The position numbers and the translations under genes were made by a program. This document shows positions 1 to 8,024 of a DNA stretch of 64,000 nt, one piece after another (positions within the stretch are counted from its first letter, which is position 1; every line of letters starts with the position of its first letter). The stretch covers positions 113,809-177,808 of IMG/VR virus record IMGVR_UViG_3300031555_003442; one strand, given 5' to 3'. The notes below the pieces were generated by a model, which saw only the letters and a program-made list of their open reading frames with translations, did no database searches and was not told where the DNA came from. The stretch is from a virus (taxonomy: Duplodnaviria > Caudoviricetes).

Positions 1-498
1 TGCTGGCGCTAGTGACAATATCCATGGAACTGCCATAGAATCGGCAATCACCAAAACTTTTGGACCTTGTGGATAGTCTAGTCGGGTGATAGTAGATATG
101 CAATGGCTGTTTGCGTATATGTGATACTCTGTCGGTGGATTTACGAGATTGTATAAAATGGTTGCGTCTCCTGTTGTAGTATGTCCATTGTACTCGCTCA
201 TTTTATATTGTCCGATTTTTGGTACGAAATACTCTATATTTTTACCATCGGCATTTATGTTTATATTTTTTGTGTTTTCATTTAACCTCAAATCGATATG
301 TTCATCCACACAAGCGAACTGTAAAAAACGTATTGCTTCGGTAGGCAACCAATGATGTTTTCCATTCCTTCTACTCCAGTAAAAGAAATGACTCCAAATG
401 CTAGTCCAATTGATTACATTTACGTTCGGATGTGCATATTTGACATAGCATTTGTGGTCTATAGATGGGGCGATGAAAAAATTGATTTTACTAATCAT
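1..498 (-). CDS. Partial CDS (runs off window); possible SGNH/AlgX-DHHW-like O-acyltransferase
   Basis: Manual translation from ATG 498 (MISKINFF...); contains KHHW and KVLVIADSMAVPW; follows neuA in the operon. Confidence 0.5.
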   Translation of the reverse strand, partial: MISKINFFIAPSIDHKCYVKYAHPNVNVINWTSIWSHFFYWSRRNGKHHWLPTEAIRFLQFACVDEHIDLRLNENTKNININADGKNIEYFVPKIGQYKMSEYNGHTTTGDATILYNLVNPPTEYHIYANSHCISTITRLDYPQGPKVLVIADSMAVPWILSLAPA

Positions 499-514
499 TG
501 GTCATGTCCTTGGC

Positions 515-1648
515 TTACATGATGTAGGTGTTCACAAACTCTCTGACGCAACCCTGCCCACCATTGGTTTTCATAATATGAATGTTTGGAATGACTTTTA
601 CCGTTGAGTCTGCATCAGATGGGCAAGCGGCTATTCCAACTTCAGTCAAACAATCTATATCGCCTACATCGTCTCCTATATAAGCAACGTATTCGAGATT
701 GATACCAAGCTCAGAGCATAACCCCTTCAATACGGTTATTTTATCGGTTACTCCTTGGAATAAGTAATCAACGTGCATTTTCTTGGCTCGATGAGAGACG
801 ATGTTTGTGTTTTCCCCAGTGATGATTGCTGTTTTAACATTGTTCTCATGCAACATCCTGAATGCTACACCATCCTTCGTATTGAACTTTTTCATCTCGT
901 TACCGTCTTCGGTATAATACATACCGCCGTCAGTAAGGACTCCATCTACATCACTAACAAACAGTTTTATGTCTGATTTAGATTTACGCTTAGAACGCAT
1001 AATGCTTTCGAGTATAGTCCAATCCGTTGGCTCGTCAATTTCCGTTCCCGTGTATTCTGGCATCTCGTATATACCAATCTTTCCGCTCAGTCGGTTTTTA
1101 TCCCTCTTGATGTTCTGTACTGAATTGATATAGAATGCCCCGTTTTCCATATACATGCCATCGAAGTTTTGCCTCCGTGGTCTATTTCTATAATCGTAGT
1201 TTTTGCTAGTGCCATCGGCATTCCAAAAGAACCTGAAATTTTTCACACACGTAAGAATGCTGTCGTACACTCCAGTGTGATACATTTGAAGTGCTTCTTC
1301 AAAATGTTTTGTTTCGGTCAATGGTGATGTCGCTTGTACTAATACGAAGGTTTCATCGGTTAGATTGGCCGCATTGATGTATTCAAGCATTACACTTTCA
1401 GTGCTTGCGGTATCGTTAGCGTTCTCTTCAGACCTTCGGTAAACATAGACTTTTGTGTAGTGTCGTGATAACACCGTTTTCTCAATAATGTCGGAATCAG
1501 TTGCTACGATAATCTCGTCAACCGAACCGCAGGCTTCCAGTGCCTCGATATTCCAACAAACAAGAGGCTTTCCACAAAAGTCCTTGATGTTTTTCAACGG
1601 GATGGATTTGCTACCACCTCTAACAGGTATAAATGCAATCGTTTTCAT
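515..1648 (-). CDS. neuA: CMP-nonulosonate synthetase (acylneuraminate cytidylyltransferase) fused to KdsC-like HAD phosphatase
   Basis: IPVRGGSKSIPLKNIK, QATSP, ENGAFY, EIDEP; C-terminal DVDGVLTDG, IITG, YIGDDVGD. Confidence 0.93.
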   Translation of the reverse strand: MKTIAFIPVRGGSKSIPLKNIKDFCGKPLVCWNIEALEACGSVDEIIVATDSDIIEKTVLSRHYTKVYVYRRSEENANDTASTESVMLEYINAANLTDETFVLVQATSPLTETKHFEEALQMYHTGVYDSILTCVKNFRFFWNADGTSKNYDYRNRPRRQNFDGMYMENGAFYINSVQNIKRDKNRLSGKIGIYEMPEYTGTEIDEPTDWTILESIMRSKRKSKSDIKLFVSDVDGVLTDGGMYYTEDGNEMKKFNTKDGVAFRMLHENNVKTAIITGENTNIVSHRAKKMHVDYLFQGVTDKITVLKGLCSELGINLEYVAYIGDDVGDIDCLTEVGIAACPSDADSTVKVIPNIHIMKTNGGQGCVREFVNTYIM

Positions 1649-1649
1649 A

Positions 1650-2522
1650 TTACCACTTTACTTGGTTCTTCTTCAATTTGTTCCGCTGAACTTTTTCGAT
1701 ATCCAAGATATCCTCTTTCTTGTAGCTCAATGACTCATAAACAGCATGGACATCTCGGACAAGTTTCCTCATTCCGTCAGGTTCCAAACTTGCGGCGTGG
1801 TCAGTGCCCTTCCAGGTTCTGTCTAGGGTAAAGTGACGTTCTATCCATTGAGCACCAAGGGCGACTGCTGCACTGTCGACGGCAATTCCAAGATGATGCC
1901 CAGAGAATCCGATTGATTTTACCCTTCCTGAATACAGCTCGATTAGTTTCGGCAATTCCAGAAGGCAGATATCCTTAAACGGTACTGGATATCCGCTTGT
2001 GCAATTGTAAATCACCAAGTCCTTGTTTCTCTTATTGTCTTCGAAGAAACGGATAATCTGTTCTTCTTCATCTCGTGTTGTCATACCGAATGACAAATGG
2101 ATTTCTCCACCGAAATTATCACAGAGATATTGAAGCATCGGCTTGTTTAGGTTACATGCAGATGGTATTTTGATGAGACCTGGGTTCAGTGAGGCAATTT
2201 CCTTCGCTGATGTCATGTCCCAAACAGATGTGGAATACTCAATCTTGTATTCGTCACACCAGTCCTTCAACTGCTTGTGTTGGTCGAGAGAAAGTTCCAG
2301 AAATTCCCTGTGCTCTCCATAAGTGGCACCATACGAGTTTTCTGGGTGTGGATGCGGTGCGTTGTACTCTTCTGCGGTAAGCAGTTCCTTGGGGCAACGC
2401 TTTTGAAATTTAACCACATCGGCTTTGCAATATGTAGCCGCAGTTTCTATCAACTGCTTGGCTATGCTCATCTCACCCTTGTGGTTGCATCCGATTTCAG
2501 CTATGACTTTTGGGTAGTTCAT
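1650..2522 (-). CDS. neuB: NeuB-family sialic acid/KDN(-9-P) synthase, no C-terminal antifreeze-like domain
   Basis: IAEIGCNHKG, VKFQKR, KIPSA, CTSGYP, GFSGH, IERHFTLD, DHAASLEP. Confidence 0.93.
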   Translation of the reverse strand: MNYPKVIAEIGCNHKGEMSIAKQLIETAATYCKADVVKFQKRCPKELLTAEEYNAPHPHPENSYGATYGEHREFLELSLDQHKQLKDWCDEYKIEYSTSVWDMTSAKEIASLNPGLIKIPSACNLNKPMLQYLCDNFGGEIHLSFGMTTRDEEEQIIRFFEDNKRNKDLVIYNCTSGYPVPFKDICLLELPKLIELYSGRVKSIGFSGHHLGIAVDSAAVALGAQWIERHFTLDRTWKGTDHAASLEPDGMRKLVRDVHAVYESLSYKKEDILDIEKVQRNKLKKNQVKW

Positions 2523-4516
2523 TTTTCACCTCCATTAGCAACAATGAATACTGTTATAAGTCGTTCAAATATATATCCGAAGAATAGATACTGATGGTCT
2601 TGTTTTTGGTCTGGATGGCACCAGTCCGTCCGTTTCTTCAACATGCGGTCGGAGAACTTGACATAATCCTCGTATGTACTTAGGTTGTTCCGAGTAATGA
2701 TATCGTTCATTACGCTCCAGGCAAATTCCATACACTTAACAAAGAATTCCCATTTGTATATGCCATGTCCACCCATATAGAAGGTTGTCCCCTCAAATGG
2801 AGTGAGATATTTTGACGTCTCGCCGTATAGCTTTTTGATTGAGGTAATCATTTCTTTATACAATGGTTCACCATGAGAGAAAATGAAGCCTCCCTTCAGT
2901 GTTCTTCTTTCGCATACCTTCCTTTGAGGTATGAACATACGGTTCATCTTTTGCGGTAGGTCTAGTTGCTCTCTCCAATTAGCAAATCCAACATATGGGG
3001 AATATTTGTTGTTTTTCCATACATAATACATCTGAACAAATTCGCCGAAGAAATCATGCAGATTGTTCAGGCTATCTCCATCTATCGTTGATGTTGTGTC
3101 GTATAATACATCAAATGGTTTTGAACGCAGCTTAGCTTTCAGTTCTGGCTTGTGGTACGCTACGTATAGTTTGGTCAAGTAGGCGTAATTTATGTTTTTG
3201 TTGTTTGATACTGGCCTCTTTTGGCTTTGGGTTTCTAATGTATTCAAATCTGAATAGTAAACTCGTTTTTTAGCGATAACGTCTAGCCAATAGCCAAACG
3301 TGGTCTCGAATATGTATCCGATAACACGCTTATTTTTTTCCTTATTGAACCGAGATTCTTTCATCCATTTTTGAATAAGCGGAAAGATATATGATGCGTA
3401 CTCATTCAGCAAGGCGGAAGATGCGATGAACATATTGCAGTTTGCCGTATCTGCTATGGTAGTCCCGTATTTCTTCGTATTTAGTTTGGCATACCGCCAA
3501 AACTTATCACACTCTGCTTTAACCGTCTTGAATTTCGCTCTGTACAGGAAGTCATACCTTTTTATATTTTTCCTATATGATGCACAAATGCAATCATACT
3601 TGCTAAGCAGTTCCTTGATTTCTTTCGAACGTAGGTATTGGCGTTTCTTGTTGATGAAATACCTACGATAGTGCTCCAATCCGACAATCTTCGCTTTACT
3701 ATGTTTCCATAGGTAGTACAATCCTGTGCATTCGCAATACCATTGATTCATATCGTCAATGTTATCTAGCTTATGTTTCTTGTCACCAAAGAACTTTGTT
3801 CTCGTTATGTCATTTGACGCTTCATTGAACGCATTGTCAGAACGACCTACGGTATAAATTTCTATCTCTTTCGGTGTGAAATATAAGTCTTGCTCTTCAG
3901 CATCAAAGTATCTGATGTTGTAGAAGTTGATTTCGAGTTTCAATTCATGCAACGTACCTTGCTTGATGCTAGGCATTAGACGTTTTCTATTGATGTTGTC
4001 GACGGCTTTCTGTAGTTCAGCTTGAACGAACTCTTTGTATTCCTCCCTTGTCATATCATCCAACGCAACGGTTACGATGAGTTTGCGGTAAGATGAGTTT
4101 GAATTGTTTGTTAGTTCGGATAGATGAGACTCTTCAATTTGCGTTAAACTTAGTGATTCTCGGTTGACAAAGTACCAATGCACCCTCTTTACATCCGTTT
4201 CAATGGGTGCTTCTTTCCATACGTCGTTTGAACTAAGCAATGTTGCATTGGCCGATTTGTGTTTTTGCTCTGACTTTCCTGATACTGCCACGGGACGAGT
4301 TGGTGTTGGGTGAGATGCGCTTCTCATCATCTCCTGCAAGGAATCTAGTGGTTTTCCGCTGTTAAATACGAAGTTGGGCATCTCCCTGCGTCTGGCTGTG
4401 GCTTCTGCGGTATCTCTTTCTACCTTAGATGGAAGCTTCGGATTTGTCACTGCGGGTACATTAACCCGAGGTGCATTACGCATCCTGTTCAGAATGTCTT
4501 CAAAAGACGTTCCCAT
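2519..4516 (-). CDS. Glycosyltransferase-like protein with two DUF4422-type domains and a disordered N-terminus
   Basis: YCECTGLYYLWKH...VGLEHYRRYF...GYIFE and a second copy FGEFVQMYYVWKN...VGF...GYIFERL; start set at ATG 4516 behind AGGAGAG. Confidence 0.75.
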   Translation of the reverse strand: MGTSFEDILNRMRNAPRVNVPAVTNPKLPSKVERDTAEATARRREMPNFVFNSGKPLDSLQEMMRSASHPTPTRPVAVSGKSEQKHKSANATLLSSNDVWKEAPIETDVKRVHWYFVNRESLSLTQIEESHLSELTNNSNSSYRKLIVTVALDDMTREEYKEFVQAELQKAVDNINRKRLMPSIKQGTLHELKLEINFYNIRYFDAEEQDLYFTPKEIEIYTVGRSDNAFNEASNDITRTKFFGDKKHKLDNIDDMNQWYCECTGLYYLWKHSKAKIVGLEHYRRYFINKKRQYLRSKEIKELLSKYDCICASYRKNIKRYDFLYRAKFKTVKAECDKFWRYAKLNTKKYGTTIADTANCNMFIASSALLNEYASYIFPLIQKWMKESRFNKEKNKRVIGYIFETTFGYWLDVIAKKRVYYSDLNTLETQSQKRPVSNNKNINYAYLTKLYVAYHKPELKAKLRSKPFDVLYDTTSTIDGDSLNNLHDFFGEFVQMYYVWKNNKYSPYVGFANWREQLDLPQKMNRMFIPQRKVCERRTLKGGFIFSHGEPLYKEMITSIKKLYGETSKYLTPFEGTTFYMGGHGIYKWEFFVKCMEFAWSVMNDIITRNNLSTYEDYVKFSDRMLKKRTDWCHPDQKQDHQYLFFGYIFERLITVFIVANGGEK

Positions 4517-4548
4517 CTTTACGCTCTCCTTAGATATTTCTATCTTGT

Positions 4549-4560
4549 AGTTTATAAACT
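4549..4560. promoter_or_regulatory. Palindromic bidirectional late-type promoter AGTTTATAAACT
   Basis: Perfect palindrome gives TATAAACT on both strands between divergent genes (starts 4516 and 4589). Confidence 0.65.
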
Positions 4561-4588
4561 GATATCGTAACAAGGATTTTTACCACCT

Positions 4589-4948
4589 ATGATAGAGACG
4601 CTTTGCTGGCTTTCCGGCATCCTCGGGGCATTCTTCTTCGCAATCAACCTTGCACCTCAGATAGTCAAGTGCTACCGTACCAAGTCCTGCGGGGGAATCA
4701 GCCGCATGTTCCTGGTATTCGCCTTCTGCGGCAACATATTCAGTGCGATATTCGTGCTGTACACGAACCTGAAGACGGGCCTGTGGCAGTATCCAATCTA
4801 TTTCAATTACGGAGTGGCCACCACCCTTACTGCCGTGCTCACTGTGATGAAGGTCCGCTACAGCCTCCGTTCCGCCCATGTAAGGAACTCGATACCCATA
4901 ATGGGTTATAACGGCTCGTTGGAATACATTTACGACGAGGCGGCTTGA
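4589..4948 (+). CDS. PQ-loop / SemiSWEET-like membrane protein
   Basis: LAPQIVKCYRTKSCGGIS motif, three hydrophobic helices. Confidence 0.8.
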   Translation: MIETLCWLSGILGAFFFAINLAPQIVKCYRTKSCGGISRMFLVFAFCGNIFSAIFVLYTNLKTGLWQYPIYFNYGVATTLTAVLTVMKVRYSLRSAHVRNSIPIMGYNGSLEYIYDEAA

Positions 4949-4973
4949 CAAAACCAGTAGAATCGTGTATATT
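4945..4973 (+). promoter_or_regulatory. Sigma70-like early promoter
   Basis: TTGACA-N17-TATATT. Confidence 0.75.
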
Positions 4974-4981
4974 TAACTGGC

Positions 4982-5263
4982 ATGAAGAAGCTGAAGAAAT
5001 ACCTTTCCCTGATGGATGTCCCGTACACCGAGAAGGACAGCGGCGGCAAGCCGATGGTCCAGTTCGAGTACATGGGCGTCGTTTACGCCATCCTGCGGTC
5101 CGCATCCGGCAAGGACATGTACTGTGTCCTCATGGGTTACAACACAAGGGTTCCGAGCGGGCTCGTTATGGGGTTCGACAACTTGAAGGAATGGGTCCAC
5201 CGCCTGATGTATCCAGAAGATTTTGAATCGGAATTGGACGACCCCCTTGACATGTGGCTGTGA
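4982..5263 (+). CDS. Hypothetical protein
   Basis: ORF 8 nt after the -10 box; phage-typical codon use. Confidence 0.7.
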   Translation: MKKLKKYLSLMDVPYTEKDSGGKPMVQFEYMGVVYAILRSASGKDMYCVLMGYNTRVPSGLVMGFDNLKEWVHRLMYPEDFESELDDPLDMWL

Positions 5264-5275
5264 ATTGCGTATATT
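5247..5275 (+). promoter_or_regulatory. Sigma70-like early promoter
   Basis: TTGACA-N17-TATATT. Confidence 0.75.
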
Positions 5276-5305
5276 TAGGCTATGTCCACCAAATGGAGAT
5301 GAATC

Positions 5306-5575
5306 ATGGCCGAACAGATAAAAGCCCGTTGCGACAGCAACCAATTCAACCGTTGGGGCGCCACTGACGACCCCAAGGACCTTACGGTCGGAAAGGAATA
5401 CGATGTCGACTTCGTTGTAATCCACGACAGTTACACCCAGGTCTACCTCGTAGGTGACTGCCATGCCTACAACTCGGGCAACTTCTCCTTCTTCGACAAG
5501 TACGGGGATGAAATCGACATTGTCGATTACTTCAACCACCAGCTCGGCATACACAAGTGTTGGCCGAAGAAGTAG
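5306..5575 (+). CDS. Hypothetical protein
   Basis: GGAG RBS, first in a tight operon. Confidence 0.7.
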   Translation: MAEQIKARCDSNQFNRWGATDDPKDLTVGKEYDVDFVVIHDSYTQVYLVGDCHAYNSGNFSFFDKYGDEIDIVDYFNHQLGIHKCWPKK

Positions 5576-5578
5576 AGC

Positions 5579-5785
5579 ATGAGCGTAAAATGCAAGAAAT
5601 TCCAGTGCTGGACGTGGAGTCCGTTCATGCTTGTCGGGATTTCCCCGAAGATTGAGTACTATTGCGGTGAATGCGGCAAGTACAACACGGGCCGTTTCGA
5701 CTCCAATAGCTATGACAGGGAGGGCGGCCACCTGCGGTGCTCCCATTGCGGGACAGAAAATATAATTCCCGTGTCGGTTGTCTGA
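5579..5785 (+). CDS. Small zinc-ribbon protein
   Basis: CGECG and CSHCG. Confidence 0.7.
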   Translation: MSVKCKKFQCWTWSPFMLVGISPKIEYYCGECGKYNTGRFDSNSYDREGGHLRCSHCGTENIIPVSVV

Positions 5786-5796
5786 CGAGGTGCCCG

Positions 5797-6033
5797 ATGC
5801 CAATACACAAGTACGGAGTAGACCTACCTGAACGCTTCAAGGAGTATAAGCCATACTACCGTTACATGAAGCGTTGCAAGGGGTTCCGTGAAGCTCTAAT
5901 GCATGGCGGAGCCGTAGTGCATGACTATGACTTGAATACGACCATGCATCTTAGGCTGCGAAAGGACGGCAAGACCATCTACGACGATGCCGCATGGTAT
6001 TTCTTCGAACACACGCACGATGTGCTAACATAA
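5797..6033 (+). CDS. Hypothetical protein
   Basis: GAGGTG RBS before ATG 5797. Confidence 0.65.
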   Translation: MPIHKYGVDLPERFKEYKPYYRYMKRCKGFREALMHGGAVVHDYDLNTTMHLRLRKDGKTIYDDAAWYFFEHTHDVLT

Positions 6034-6057
6034 CAGGTAATTCAAAGGAGATTGACT

Positions 6058-6573
6058 ATGTTCTATATCGAACGAAGCGTGCAGGGCCCTCCCCTGTGCA
6101 GCGACATCCACGACTGCTACGGCATGATGGAAGACGGCGAACTCGGCTGGATTCGTGACGGCCTCCGTGCCATCGGTTTCGAGACCAAGATTGAAGCCGA
6201 AGATTTCGCAATGAGCCACGGTTTCAACCCCTGGGTTCCAGCCAGTGAGTACGACCCACGCTACCTCATCGTCGAGGAACTCCGTGTTCCCGAGATTGGC
6301 GACATCGTAAAGAAGCACAACGCAAGGCTCTCGGTTGGCATATTCGGTGGAGGCCCCATCATCTCGTGGGAAAACGAGAAGTACTGCATCAAGGTCGTGA
6401 CCAACACAGACGTGGACAGCTCCCCGTCGAGGGACCGACCCGAGTACGTCTATGTCGTAGGCGCCCGTCTCATGGACACCGAAACCAATACGGTAGTCGA
6501 CGAGGTTTTCAACCCGACCTACGAACAGATGGAAGATTTCGTCAACAAGGGCGTCACGGAACACGGGGTGTAA
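6058..6573 (+). CDS. Hypothetical protein
   Basis: AGGAG RBS, operon packing. Confidence 0.7.
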   Translation: MFYIERSVQGPPLCSDIHDCYGMMEDGELGWIRDGLRAIGFETKIEAEDFAMSHGFNPWVPASEYDPRYLIVEELRVPEIGDIVKKHNARLSVGIFGGGPIISWENEKYCIKVVTNTDVDSSPSRDRPEYVYVVGARLMDTETNTVVDEVFNPTYEQMEDFVNKGVTEHGV

Positions 6574-6575
6574 CC

Positions 6576-6839
6576 ATGGTCAAGAAACCCATCGAAGAAC
6601 TGGTCGATGTCATAAAAGGCCATATCGACGAGAGCAAGCTCAGTATTGGCAGCGACCGTCTCCACATAACGGTTACCGACGAGGTGGACATCATCATCGA
6701 GCTGTTCGGCCCGATGTACGACGTGTGGATTCAGAACCATGTCGAAGGCGAGGGCTGCACCGTGGCCAGGAACGAGGACCGCTTCCAGGTGGCATCCTTC
6801 ATCCTGTCGGTATTTACATTGAACGGGGTAAAGAAATGA
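6576..6839 (+). CDS. Hypothetical protein
   Basis: ATG 2 nt after upstream stop (MVKKPIEEL). Confidence 0.65.
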   Translation: MVKKPIEELVDVIKGHIDESKLSIGSDRLHITVTDEVDIIIELFGPMYDVWIQNHVEGEGCTVARNEDRFQVASFILSVFTLNGVKK

Positions 6840-7195
6840 CCACGAACGCTCCCAACAAGTACAAGCTCAATCCGTTGAAGATGCCTACCGTGGCGTCCCC
6901 CGCACCTCCCCCGATGAAAGGTGTGCCGTTCTTGGACATCTTTGCACTGCAAGAGGAAGTCAAAAGGCTCCGCAAGGAAAACGAGAATATCAAGAAGGGA
7001 TTGCCAGTATGGAGGAAGGCATCTGGTCTCGACAATGTCGGCGACAACACGTGGTGCATCCTGTACAGCAGGCTATACGGCATTGGAATCGGGTATTGGA
7101 GCACTCACTACGGATGGATGTTCCACAAGGAAAACCTTATCCAGACGGACAGCGTCACCCACTGGATGCCGTTCCCAGACGCACCGAAGGATTGA
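6836..7195 (+). CDS. DUF551-like phage protein
   Basis: C-terminal VTHWMPFPDAP; ATGA overlap. Confidence 0.7.
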   Translation: MTTNAPNKYKLNPLKMPTVASPAPPPMKGVPFLDIFALQEEVKRLRKENENIKKGLPVWRKASGLDNVGDNTWCILYSRLYGIGIGYWSTHYGWMFHKENLIQTDSVTHWMPFPDAPKD

Positions 7196-7197
7196 TT

Positions 7198-7443
7198 ATG
7201 CGATTCAGAATTATCAAGGAAACGATTGAAAAGGACGACGGGTCGACCCAAGTCTTTTTCTACCCGCAGAAGAAGGGATGGTTCTTCTGGAACTACTTCT
7301 ACTACTATGACGGAACCTGCCCGTTCGAATACCGTTTCGGGACAGCTGATGAAGCCGAGAGATTCATCGAAAGGGAAGTCAAGAACAACAGTCCTTCGGC
7401 TGTCGTAGTAGTGAAGGAATTTACAGTAAAGCGCAACGGGTAA
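7198..7443 (+). CDS. Hypothetical protein
   Basis: MRFRIIKE...FYPQKKGWFFWNY; operon packing. Confidence 0.7.
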   Translation: MRFRIIKETIEKDDGSTQVFFYPQKKGWFFWNYFYYYDGTCPFEYRFGTADEAERFIEREVKNNSPSAVVVVKEFTVKRNG

Positions 7444-7446
7444 ATC

Positions 7447-7962
7447 ATGGAAGAGCTTACCGAAGAACAGAAGAAATTCAAGGAGGAGTCGCTCGAACTC
7501 CTCAGACAGTCCAACGATGCCGACTACAAGAAGTTCCTGAAGAAGGTTAACGAACTTGCCAAGCGCAATCTCCCCCTCGATACGAAAATCGAGTACGTTA
7601 CTGGACGTTGCTGCGGTTTTGAAGGCATCGGAATCATCCTCAGCGGCGTCATCAGGTGGAAAAACCAAATCATACTCGCCCGTTTCGACCGTCCGATGCG
7701 TACCAAGCGTGAAGGCGGGGAATGCCACGCATGTGTCGACATTTTCTCGCTTGGCCGTGCTACGCTCGAACTTGAACCTAAGCAGGGCGAGTATGTCATC
7801 TTCGAGACCACCATCGGCGACAAGGACACGTTCTGCAAGATTGTCAACAGCATGTGGGACTACACAGACCATCGTGGATACCTCGTCGAAGACCCGCACA
7901 AGATGTTCGGCTTGAAATCAAAGGCGGATGTACCAGATTTCGTTGAAACAGATAGGGAGTGA
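7447..7962 (+). CDS. Hypothetical protein
   Basis: Last ORF before terminator. Confidence 0.7.
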   Translation: MEELTEEQKKFKEESLELLRQSNDADYKKFLKKVNELAKRNLPLDTKIEYVTGRCCGFEGIGIILSGVIRWKNQIILARFDRPMRTKREGGECHACVDIFSLGRATLELEPKQGEYVIFETTIGDKDTFCKIVNSMWDYTDHRGYLVEDPHKMFGLKSKADVPDFVETDRE

Positions 7963-7982
7963 CGATTATCCGTATAAAAGTT

Positions 7983-8013
7983 GGGCGTTCATGCTGTGAT
8001 GAACGCCCTTTTT
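7983..8013 (+). terminator. Intrinsic terminator between convergent genes
   Basis: GGGCGTTCAT-6-ATGAACGCCC-TTTTT. Confidence 0.8.
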
Positions 8014-8024
8014 CGTAACATTTT

